DNA of 64,000 nucleotides from an uncultured Alphaproteobacteria bacterium (GTDB lineage Bacteria; Pseudomonadota; Alphaproteobacteria; CAAGCB01; CAG-977): NCBI GenBank assembly GCA_944393745.1, contig CALYBD010000001.1, positions 2,372 to 66,371 of the forward strand, read 5' to 3'. Shown piece by piece: positions 56,404 to 64,000 of this stretch (position 1 is its first letter; each line of letters starts with the position of its first letter). The notes under the pieces were generated by a model. It saw only the letters and a program-made list of their open reading frames with translations, ran no database searches and was not told where the DNA came from. The position numbers and the translations under genes were made by a program.

Positions 56404-56943
56404 ATGCAAAAAAACATCTTGGTTATTTCCTCAACGCTGCGTAAAGCGGGAAATTCGGACATTCTGGCCGATGAATTTATCCGCGGAGCCGAAAGCAAAG
56501 GACACAGCGTTGAAAAAATTTCTTTGCAAGCAAAGCAGATCGGATTTTGCAAAGGCTGCTTAAGCTGCCAAAAAACGCAGAACTGTATCATCAAAGACGA
56601 TGTCGCGGCGATTTTGGAAAAAATAAAAACGGCAAATGTTATTGCTTTTGCCACGCCGATTTATTTTTATGAAATATGCGGTCAGCTGAAAACCTTGCTG
56701 GACAGGACAAATCCGCTGTTTACGACCGATTATCAATTCCGGGAAATTTATCTGTTGGCAACGGCGGCGGATACGGACAGTCATGCTGTTGACAATGCCG
56801 TCAAAGCCGTCAACGGCTGGGTGGAATGTTTTCCGAAAACATCTTTAAAAGGCGTTGTATTCGGCGGCGGCGTAACAAATGTCGGAGAAGTCAGAAATAC
56901 ATCAGCGGCCGAACAAGCTTTTAAAGCCGGACAGAACGTGTAA
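56404..56943 (+). CDS. Flavodoxin-like / iron-sulfur flavoprotein (FMN reductase family)
   Basis: SSTLRK.GNS, CKGCLSC....C, ATPIYFY...GQLKTLLDR. Confidence 0.9.
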   Translation: MQKNILVISSTLRKAGNSDILADEFIRGAESKGHSVEKISLQAKQIGFCKGCLSCQKTQNCIIKDDVAAILEKIKTANVIAFATPIYFYEICGQLKTLLDRTNPLFTTDYQFREIYLLATAADTDSHAVDNAVKAVNGWVECFPKTSLKGVVFGGGVTNVGEVRNTSAAEQAFKAGQNV

Positions 56944-56944
56944 A

Positions 56945-57133
56945 GAAAAATATGCCGACAAATATACATGCCCCTTTAACAACAACCGCGCCTTTTGACG
57001 GAATATCGGTCCGTATTACGGACCGGGATATACGGATAATCTGATCATTATGGGACATATCACCGAAGGATTAGAAAAACTGGCAACAATTGACCACGGT
57101 TTTACGGCTGTAATAGAAAAAGCATCTTTTTAG
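56945..57133 (+). pseudogene. Remnant of a cyclophilin-like-fold protein gene
   Basis: EKYAD..., in-frame TGA at 56996, then NIGPYYGPGYTDNLIIMGHITEGLEKLATIDHGFTAVIEKASF*. Resembles the C-terminus of cyclophilin-like proteins common in such clusters. Confidence 0.45.
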
Positions 57134-57135
57134 GG

Positions 57136-57564
57136 TTAATTTGAACCGATTAAAATTTCCAGGGTATGTTTTTCTTCAATGGCGGATAACGGTTGGGAAA
57201 GACCGATTTGTTTTTGTTGAGGAGCCATACCGATATATATTTTTTTCAAATCGACCCCTTCTTGCAAAAACACCGCTGCCGCATTTCTGGCGCGATCCAA
57301 AGCGCCCAAAGCCTGATCTGCGGCGGCACCATGATAAGACAACCGTCCCGACAGACAGATGAAATCGTCGTTTTTGCGAACGTCCGAAGCGATTCTTTTC
57401 AGCCGGCGGACGGCCGGTTCGTTTAATTCGGCGCTGCCGTATTCAAATAACAGCGTTAAACGTTGTTTTTGATGACGAATCGGACAGCCGGTATAATCAT
57501 GAAAATCAGTCTGAACACAAGAATTTAAAAAAAATGCAGCTAAAAGCAAAAACTTTCTTTTCAT
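57136..57564 (-). CDS. OmpA-like domain lipoprotein
   Basis: Lipobox FLNS-C; LFEYGSAEL....L..IA, L.RA..A...L...GV; divergent peptidoglycan-binding motif. Confidence 0.65.
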   Translation of the reverse strand: MKRKFLLLAAFFLNSCVQTDFHDYTGCPIRHQKQRLTLLFEYGSAELNEPAVRRLKRIASDVRKNDDFICLSGRLSYHGAAADQALGALDRARNAAAVFLQEGVDLKKIYIGMAPQQKQIGLSQPLSAIEEKHTLEILIGSN

Positions 57565-57604
57565 TTAGGGTCTCCTTGTGCTAATAAAGGGGTTGTCCCT
57601 TTTC

Positions 57605-57692
57605 GCGGATATGGTGGAATGGTAGACACAACAGACTTAAAATCTGTTGAGGCTTTGTCCTCGTGCGGGTTCAAGTCCCGCTTTCCGCACCA
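57605..57692 (+). tRNA. tRNA-Leu (anticodon TAA)
   Basis: GCGGATA...TTTCCGC-A-CCA (one U-U mismatch); ACAGA-CTTAAAA-TCTGT anticodon arm; long variable arm; GGTTCAAGTCC. Confidence 0.95.
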
Positions 57693-57705
57693 ATCACTAT
57701 AATAC

Positions 57706-57732
57706 AAAAACTGCCAAATCGGCAGTTTTTTT
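57706..57732. terminator. Terminator after tRNA-Leu
   Basis: AAAAACTGCC-AAATC-GGCAGTTTTTTT. Confidence 0.85.
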
Positions 57733-57903
57733 ATTTCCGGAATCAATAAACGGACCATTCTTGTTTGCTTTAAACGCGCCTGATCGGATTTGTTCAAAGT
57801 CATAAATATCAAAACCCCGACCGCGAAAAAAACACCCCGGCGAACAGACTTAAAACTGTGTCAGAATCATACGTGAAATCGAAATTAAAATCGTCGATAC
57901 AAC
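57733..57903 (-). pseudogene. Possible 3' remnant of a PAP2-family phosphatase
   Basis: Frameshifted minus-strand pieces VVSTILISISRMILTQF / LSLFAGVFF / FAVGVLIFMTLNK resemble the SRxxxxxHxxxD region with the His and Asp lost. Confidence 0.3.
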
Positions 57904-58278
57904 TTATTTCATGTCCGAAGACGAATAACCTGTCGGACAGTTGATTTCCACCAGCTTTTCAATCATCTGATGCAGCAAATCAACCTGTTTCGTATCGACA
58001 GCTTTATAATACACCTCCTTGCCTTCGCGCCGGCTGGTAATCAAACCGCCCGCCTTTAGTTGTTTTAAATGATGCGAAACGGCAGGACTGCTCATCTTCA
58101 TCAAAGCCGAAATATTAATAACGCATTCTTCGCAATGGCACAGCAACCAGAAAATTCGTATGCGACTGCTGTCGTCCAGCTGCTTGAAAATTTCTGATAC
58201 CGCCTGAAAATCCCGCGTTTCGGGCATATGGTCAAAATGATGCTCTATCATCTGGCCGTGATTATGGGGCAACGGCAT
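57904..58278 (-). CDS. ArsR/SmtB-family metal-responsive repressor
   Basis: FKQL.DSSRIRIFWLLCHCEECV..I....MSSPAVSHHL..L..GL..SRREGKEVYY; His-rich N-terminus. Confidence 0.93.
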   Translation of the reverse strand: MPLPHNHGQMIEHHFDHMPETRDFQAVSEIFKQLDDSSRIRIFWLLCHCEECVINISALMKMSSPAVSHHLKQLKAGGLITSRREGKEVYYKAVDTKQVDLLHQMIEKLVEINCPTGYSSSDMK

Positions 58279-58346
58279 GGCAACCTCCTGATCTGATTTT
58301 TCCGTCAGTATAATTCATTCATAAAAAAACAGATAATAAATTCCTG

Positions 58347-58397
58347 TTGACATCTTTTTGTTTTAGATCTACTCTTTAATTAAATGATTGTTTAATT
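58347..58397 (+). promoter_or_regulatory. Promoter and ArsR-type operator of the HMA-cadA operon
   Basis: TTGACA (58347), 17-nt spacer, TACTCT (58370); inverted repeat AATTAAA-TGATTG-TTTAATT (58378-58397) over the start site. Confidence 0.7.
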
Positions 58398-58419
58398 GTT
58401 TAATTAACAGGAGGTTCCC

Positions 58420-58638
58420 ATGAAAAAAACATACAAAATCGACGTCGACTGCGCCAACTGCGCCGACAAAATGGAATTGGCCGCCCAAAAAACAGCCGGT
58501 GTAAAAGAGGCTACGGTTAATTTTATGGCCTTAAAGATGACCGTTGATTTCGAAGACGATCAAAATATTGACGCCGTTATGCGAGAAGTCCGCAAAAACT
58601 GCAAAAAAGTCGAAGACGACTGCGAGGTTTACTTATAA
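58420..58638 (+). CDS. Heavy-metal-associated (HMA) domain protein
   Basis: DCANCA.KME, GV..A.VNF; RBS AGGAGG. Confidence 0.9.
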   Translation: MKKTYKIDVDCANCADKMELAAQKTAGVKEATVNFMALKMTVDFEDDQNIDAVMREVRKNCKKVEDDCEVYL

Positions 58639-58669
58639 CTTTCCGGTGATGTAAAACGGGACAAAAGCC

Positions 58670-60568
58670 ATGAGCAAAAAACAAAAATCCATGTTGTTAA
58701 GAATTATCGCCGCGGCAGCCATGCTGATCGGTTTTCATTTTATGCCTTTGACCGGGACGACGCGGTTTGTCGCGTATTTTTCAGCTTATTTGATTATCGG
58801 CGGCGATATTTTGATAAAAGCCGGTAAAGGCATTAAAAACAAACAGGTTTTTGATGAAAATTTCCTTATGGCCGTGGCAACGGTCGGCGCAATTGCTCTG
58901 GCGCTTTACAAAACCGGTGATTATACGGAAGCCGTCGCCGTTATGCTGTTTTATCAGATCGGCGAATTATTCCAAAGCTACGCCGTCGGAAAAAGCCGAA
59001 AAAATATTACGGCTTTGATGGATATCCGACCTGATTATGCCAATATCAAACTCAACGGTACATTAACCCGCGTCAATCCGGACGAAGTTGAAATCGGCAG
59101 TATAATCACGGTTCAACCCGGCGAAAAAATCCCTCTGGACGGAATTGTGGTTAACGGCGAATCTGCTTTAAACACGGCGGCTTTGACCGGGGAAAGCCGA
59201 CCGCGTTCCGTTCATGGCGGAGATGAAGTCTTCAGCGGTTGCATTAATATTAACGGCCTTCTGGAAGTGCGGACAACAAAAGAATTCGGCGAATCCACCG
59301 CATCAAAAATTCTTGATCTGGTTGAAAATGCCAGCTCGCGCAAATCAAAATCGGAAAATTTTATTTCAAAATTTGCCCGCATTTATACACCGGCCGTTTG
59401 TTTCAGCGCTTTGGCTTTAGCAATCCTGCCGCCGTTGGCGCGTTTGTTCGTCATGGATCTGCCGCCCGATTGGGAAAATTGGGTTTATCGCGCTTTGACA
59501 TTCCTGGTTATCAGCTGTCCCTGTGCTTTGGTTATCAGTATTCCGCTGAGCTTTTTCGCCGGCATCGGCGGCGCCGGCAAAGCCGGTATATTAATCAAGG
59601 GATCCAATTATCTGGAAACTTTATCCAAAACAAAGATCGTCGTTTTTGATAAAACCGGTACACTGACTCAAGGTGTGTTTGAAGTCAGCGACGTGCATCA
59701 TAATAAAATGGATAAAGCAAAATTGATTGAATATGCGGCTTTGGCGGAAAGTGCGTCTTCTCACCCGATCGGCAAAAGCATTCAGCGCGCTTATGGAAAA
59801 GAAATCGACCGTTCTCGTGTATCAAACCTGCGGGAAATCAGCGGAAACGGCGTGATCGCCACCGTGGACGGTATTGATATCGTCATCGGAAACGATAAGT
59901 TAATGAAAAGCCTGAATCTGGATTACATTCCCTGTCGGCATACAGGCACAATTATTCATACGGCTGTTGACGGCGAATACGAAGGACATATCGTTATTGC
60001 CGATATTATCAAACCGCAGGCAAAACAAGCGATTACCGCTTTAAAAAAAGCCGGCGTAAAAAAAACGGTAATGCTGACCGGAGATACGGCCGGTGTCGGA
60101 AAACAAGTCGCCGATTTTTTGGGAATCGACGAAGTTTACAGCGAACTTTTGCCGGCGGATAAAGTCGAAAAAGTCGAAGAATTGATAAAAAACAAAGCCG
60201 AAAATGAAAAACTCGCCTTTGTCGGAGACGGCATTAACGATGCCCCCGTTCTGTCCCGGGCCGATATCGGCATTGCCATGGGCGCCATCGGTTCGGACGC
60301 AGCCATTGAAGCCGCCGATATTGTCCTGATGGACGATGATCCGATGAAAATAACAACAGCACTGCGTTTATCCCGCAAATGTCTGCGCATCGTTTACGAA
60401 AATATATGGTTTGCCCTCGGTGTAAAAGGAATTTGCCTGATACTGGGCGCATTGGGAATAGCCAATATGTGGCTGGCCGTTTTCGCCGATGTCGGCGTTA
60501 TGGTCATTGCCGTATTAAATGCAATGCGGGCTTTGTTTGTTCAAAAACAATCGGACAGCATCGTTTAA
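58670..60568 (+). CDS. cadA: Cd/Zn/Pb-translocating P1B-type ATPase
   Basis: FDENFLM, LTGES, SCPC, DKTGT, SHP, MLTGD, GDGINDAP. Confidence 0.93.
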   Translation: MSKKQKSMLLRIIAAAAMLIGFHFMPLTGTTRFVAYFSAYLIIGGDILIKAGKGIKNKQVFDENFLMAVATVGAIALALYKTGDYTEAVAVMLFYQIGELFQSYAVGKSRKNITALMDIRPDYANIKLNGTLTRVNPDEVEIGSIITVQPGEKIPLDGIVVNGESALNTAALTGESRPRSVHGGDEVFSGCININGLLEVRTTKEFGESTASKILDLVENASSRKSKSENFISKFARIYTPAVCFSALALAILPPLARLFVMDLPPDWENWVYRALTFLVISCPCALVISIPLSFFAGIGGAGKAGILIKGSNYLETLSKTKIVVFDKTGTLTQGVFEVSDVHHNKMDKAKLIEYAALAESASSHPIGKSIQRAYGKEIDRSRVSNLREISGNGVIATVDGIDIVIGNDKLMKSLNLDYIPCRHTGTIIHTAVDGEYEGHIVIADIIKPQAKQAITALKKAGVKKTVMLTGDTAGVGKQVADFLGIDEVYSELLPADKVEKVEELIKNKAENEKLAFVGDGINDAPVLSRADIGIAMGAIGSDAAIEAADIVLMDDDPMKITTALRLSRKCLRIVYENIWFALGVKGICLILGALGIANMWLAVFADVGVMVIAVLNAMRALFVQKQSDSIV

Positions 60569-60587
60569 CAAAACAATCGGAATACAA

Positions 60588-60617
60588 AAAAACAGGCGCC
60601 TTAATCCGCCTGTTTTT
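60588..60617. terminator. Bidirectional terminator
   Basis: AAAAACAGGCG-CCTTAATC-CGCCTGTTTTT. Confidence 0.8.
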
Positions 60618-60652
60618 GCTTGTGTCTTATTTTTCGATCGAAAATTTTCTTA

Positions 60653-61093
60653 TCATCTCGGCATAATCTTTGCCGGATTGCCGCCTACCATCGAATTGTC
60701 GGGCACATTACTGACGACAACGGTATTTGCGCCGATAATGCAATTGTTGCCGATTTTAACGGGCCCTACAATAAAAGCCCCCGGGTAAATCACAACATTA
60801 TCGCCGATTTGCGGATAATTTTCCGGATTTGCCGTCCGTCCCGGAAAATCCTTTCCGCCGATCGTAATATTCTGATATAAAACACAGTTTTTTCCCAAAC
60901 GGGCATATTTTGAAATCACCAACCCGACCGGTAAAATAAACCGTGTTCCCTGGGCTTTGACGGCCTCAACATCACCGATATAACACGTTTCTTTTAACAT
61001 ACGTTCTTCGGCTCCCGTTAATTCCGGTCCGTCGGGAAGATCGTTTTTAAAAACATTAATCGCTGTTTGAATTTTATCTAAGAAATTAACCAT
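60653..61093 (-). CDS. Serine-acetyltransferase-like hexapeptide-repeat protein
   Basis: LGKNCVLYQNITIGG, PQIGDNVVIYPGA.IVG...IGNN..IGANTVV....P......G.PAK. Confidence 0.85.
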   Translation of the reverse strand: MVNFLDKIQTAINVFKNDLPDGPELTGAEERMLKETCYIGDVEAVKAQGTRFILPVGLVISKYARLGKNCVLYQNITIGGKDFPGRTANPENYPQIGDNVVIYPGAFIVGPVKIGNNCIIGANTVVVSNVPDNSMVGGNPAKIMPR

Positions 61094-61152
61094 GTTTCAC
61101 CTTTTACATTGCCGTGTATAAAGATTAAAATCACATACGAAAAAACTCAAAT

Positions 61153-61190
61153 AAAAAAAGCGGCCTTTATAAAAAAGGCCGCTCTTTTTT
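61153..61190. terminator. Terminator of the RND gene
   Basis: A-tract followed by AGCGGCCTTT...AAAGGCCGCT and a T-tract. Confidence 0.8.
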
Positions 61191-64000
61191 ATACATTATC
61201 CTGGCCGGACGGAACCGGTATGTTCTTTTCCAGTTTCGAACGGCGTCTTGCATGGAATTTTTCGCGACGTTTAACGAATGTAACAAACAGCATCGGAATA
61301 ACCAAAATACCGAATGCCGTTGCGACAATCATACCGCCGAACACCGTTGTCCCGACCGAACGACGGGCCATGGCGCCGGCCCCCGAAGCAATAACCAACG
61401 GCAGCAACCCCAAAATAAACGAAACCGCCGTCATCATCACCGCACGGAAACGCAGATGAGCCGCCTGAACAGCCGCCGCCTCGGGTTCCATTCCTTCTTC
61501 CCGCAGAATTTTCGCAAATTCAACGATCAGAATGGCGTTCTTGGACGCCTGAGCAATCAGCAAAATAAAGCCGATTTGCGCATAGATGTTATTGACCAGA
61601 CCGAACGTGTACAGGAAAATCAACGCTCCCAAAAGCGCGACGGACACCGACAACAACACCGTAATCGGAATCATCCAGCTTTCATACAAGGCAACCAGGA
61701 ACAAATATGCAAACAGGAAGGCCAAAACCAACACCACCGAAGTTTGTCCGCCGGCTTCTTTTTCCTGCAAAGACATACCCGTCCATTCGTATTCATACCC
61801 TCTGGGCAGAACTTCTCTGGACAGTCTTTCCATTTCGTCCATGGCCTGAGTCGAACTGGCGCCTTCAGCCGCTGATCCGTAAATCTTGACCGTCATCATG
61901 TTATTATAACGAGTCAATTGCTGCGGACCCAGAATCGGCTTAATCGTCAACAAAGAACGCATCGGAACCATATCGCCCTGATTATTGCGTGCATAGATCC
62001 GGTAAATATCTTCCTCTTTGCTGCGGAAAGCTTCTTGTCCTTGGACGTTCACTTCGTAAACGCGGCCGTCCAGCGTAAAATCGTTGACATAAGCATAACC
62101 CAAAGTCGATTGCAGCTGAGAAAACACGTCCTGAATCCCGACACCCAGCATTTGTGCTTTTTCGCGATCCAACGAAACGAATAACTGCGGCGAAGCCGTA
62201 TTAAACGTACTGTACACCATTTTAAGCATGGGATTCTGATTCGCCGCCTGCAGCAGTCTGTTCATTGTCTGTTCCATCTGCTGGGGCGTTTCCCCTTGCG
62301 CATTTTGCAAACGATAGTCAAACCCGTCCGCCATACCGATACCGGGAATTGCCGGTACGTTGAAAGAACGAATCGAGGCTTCCTGAATTTGGTTTAACTG
62401 CGGCTGCAATTTTGCCAAAATCGCCTGCACCTGCATGGACGTATCCCGTCGGACTTCATAAGGTTTCAACCCGGCAATCATCATACCGAAGTTTGAACCG
62501 TCACCGCCGATCATACTGAATCCGGCAACTGACATGACGTTTTCCACTGCCGGATGAGCCGAAATAATGTCGTACACTTTCTTTTGAACAGCGACTGTTC
62601 TGTCCATAGAAGCCCCTTCGGGCAGCTGAATATCCACCATAAAGACACCCTGGTCTTCATCGGGTAAAAAGCCGGACGGCGTAATTTCGTTCATACCGAC
62701 TGCCGCGGCAATAACGGCGGCAATAATCAAAATAGACAACGAAGAATGACGTACCAAACGTCTGACAATAGACGTATAACCGTCACGCCCGCGGTCAATC
62801 TGACGCATTACCCAAGGAACCAACCCTGTTCTTTTCTTTTCTTCGCGATGCAGCAAAACAGCGCACAATGCCGGCGATAACGTTAACGCATTAACAGCCG
62901 AAATCAACATTGAACAGGACACCGTCACCGCAAATTGCTTATACAGCTGACCCGTAATGCCCGGAATAAAAATAACCGGCACGAACACAGACAAAATAAC
63001 CAGTGTAATTGCAATAATCGGGGCGGTAATCTGGCTCATGGCCTTTGCCACCGCATCGGGAATGGGCAAATCCGGTTCTTCTTCGATCACGCGTTCGGTG
63101 TTTTCAACGACCATAATCGCATCGTCCACCACGATCCCGATCACCAAAACGATGGACAACAGGGAAATCGTATTGGCCGAAATGCCGAACGGCGCCATAA
63201 AAATAAACGTACCAATCAACGACACGGGAACGGCAACGGCCGGAATTAAAGTCGCACGCCACGTTCCCAACGACAAATAAACGACCAGCAACACCAAAAT
63301 GAACGCTTCAAGAATCGTATCGAAAACTTCGTCAACCGTTGCTTCAACGAACACTGTCGTATCGAAAATGATAACGTATTCAACACCTTCCGGAAAGAAT
63401 TGTCTTAATCTGTTTAATTCGGCCTTCACTCTTGAAGCAACGTCCATGGCGTTTGCTCCGGGTGCTAGGTTGATCATCGCCCCCGAAGATGTCCGTCCGT
63501 TATATTGCGAATAAGAAGAATACGACGTTGTTCCCAGTTCGATTTTAGCCACGTCTTTTAACCGCAGCAATCCTCCGTCCGCATTCGCGCGCAGAATGAT
63601 ATTGCCGAACTGTTCCGGCGTGCTTAAACGTCCGGAAGTCGTCAGCGTTAACTGCAACTGCTGATCTTTCGGCGCCGGAGAAGCACCGACCGATCCGATC
63701 GCCGGCTGAATGTTTTGCGCGGAAATGGCATTAATGACATCGGCGTTTGTCAGTCCCAGATTGGCCAAACGTTCGGCATCAAGCCATACACGCATACTGT
63801 AGTCCATATCACCGAATGTATTGACTTCACCGACGCCGGTAACGCGTGACAGGTTATCCTTAACACGGGATTCCATATAGTTTGCCAAAAAGTTACTGTC
63901 CCGCGATCCGTCAGGAGAATACAAAGAAAAGGCCATCAACATTGAAGATGTTCTTTTCTTCACCGTCACCCCTTGCTGCTGAACTTCGGCCGGCAACTGT
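61189..64000 (-). CDS. RND efflux permease (AcrB/HAE1 family), 5' end outside window
   Basis: YSMRVWLD, IGIVVDDAI.VVEN, GFLPDEDQG, KNAILIVEFA, RFRAVMMT. Confidence 0.95.
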   Translation of the reverse strand, partial: QLPAEVQQQGVTVKKRTSSMLMAFSLYSPDGSRDSNFLANYMESRVKDNLSRVTGVGEVNTFGDMDYSMRVWLDAERLANLGLTNADVINAISAQNIQPAIGSVGASPAPKDQQLQLTLTTSGRLSTPEQFGNIILRANADGGLLRLKDVAKIELGTTSYSSYSQYNGRTSSGAMINLAPGANAMDVASRVKAELNRLRQFFPEGVEYVIIFDTTVFVEATVDEVFDTILEAFILVLLVVYLSLGTWRATLIPAVAVPVSLIGTFIFMAPFGISANTISLLSIVLVIGIVVDDAIMVVENTERVIEEEPDLPIPDAVAKAMSQITAPIIAITLVILSVFVPVIFIPGITGQLYKQFAVTVSCSMLISAVNALTLSPALCAVLLHREEKKRTGLVPWVMRQIDRGRDGYTSIVRRLVRHSSLSILIIAAVIAAAVGMNEITPSGFLPDEDQGVFMVDIQLPEGASMDRTVAVQKKVYDIISAHPAVENVMSVAGFSMIGGDGSNFGMMIAGLKPYEVRRDTSMQVQAILAKLQPQLNQIQEASIRSFNVPAIPGIGMADGFDYRLQNAQGETPQQMEQTMNRLLQAANQNPMLKMVYSTFNTASPQLFVSLDREKAQMLGVGIQDVFSQLQSTLGYAYVNDFTLDGRVYEVNVQGQEAFRSKEEDIYRIYARNNQGDMVPMRSLLTIKPILGPQQLTRYNNMMTVKIYGSAAEGASSTQAMDEMERLSREVLPRGYEYEWTGMSLQEKEAGGQTSVVLVLAFLFAYLFLVALYESWMIPITVLLSVSVALLGALIFLYTFGLVNNIYAQIGFILLIAQASKNAILIVEFAKILREEGMEPEAAAVQAAHLRFRAVMMTAVSFILGLLPLVIASGAGAMARRSVGTTVFGGMIVATAFGILVIPMLFVTFVKRREKFHARRRSKLEKNIPVPSGQDNV

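Noticed and set aside
57561-57812. 83-aa minus-strand ORF
   Set aside because: Runs antisense through tRNA-Leu and its terminator.
57843-57859. AACAGACTTAAAA repeat of the tRNA-Leu anticodon arm as an att site
   Set aside because: Only 13 bp, AT-rich, about 200 bp from the tRNA and lacking the tRNA 3' half; it also falls in a probable gene remnant. Cannot be distinguished from chance.
1-64000. Prophage, IS element, integron, retron or DGR
   Set aside because: No integrase, transposase, reverse transcriptase, phage structural genes or TR/VR repeat pairs recognised by eye; a self-alignment would be needed to exclude distant repeats.

Overview
This is a 64-kb chromosomal segment of an alphaproteobacterium. 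The lineage is inferred from conserved gene orders: rne|amiC-mrcA-prfB, tlpA|lptM-lysA, zinc-ribbon|ftsE-ftsX-ydcF-plsC, psd-pssA and rpmI-rplT-pheST. An anaerobic, probably host- or gut-associated lifestyle is suggested by hydE, a divergent membrane pyrophosphatase and several Firmicutes-like gene blocks. Most of the window is housekeeping, with tRNA-Pro(CGG), tRNA-Leu(TAA) and the prfB +1 frameshift. No CRISPR array, integrase or transposase is visible. The most interesting accessory signals are: (1) unrelated, signal-peptide-less enzyme-like proteins (permuted papain-like, HEXXH metalloprotease, Zn-phospholipase-C-like, possibly an ART-like ORF) that all end in a basic tail plus Ser-Arg-stop, a candidate C-terminal secretion signal or effector set; (2) a 986-aa PilV/shufflon-type pilus adhesin with a PilM-like partner but no shufflon, lying at a local GC-skew switch with a dif-like 28-mer; (3) 156-bp tRNA-linked repeats after tRNA-Pro, bordering a redox island with Tat-signal proteins; (4) a candidate structured L20 leader, a perfect CRP-type box between convergent genes, an 18-bp palindrome upstream of the adhesin and two gene remnants missing from the ORF track. 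All calls come from reading motifs by eye; no searches were run.
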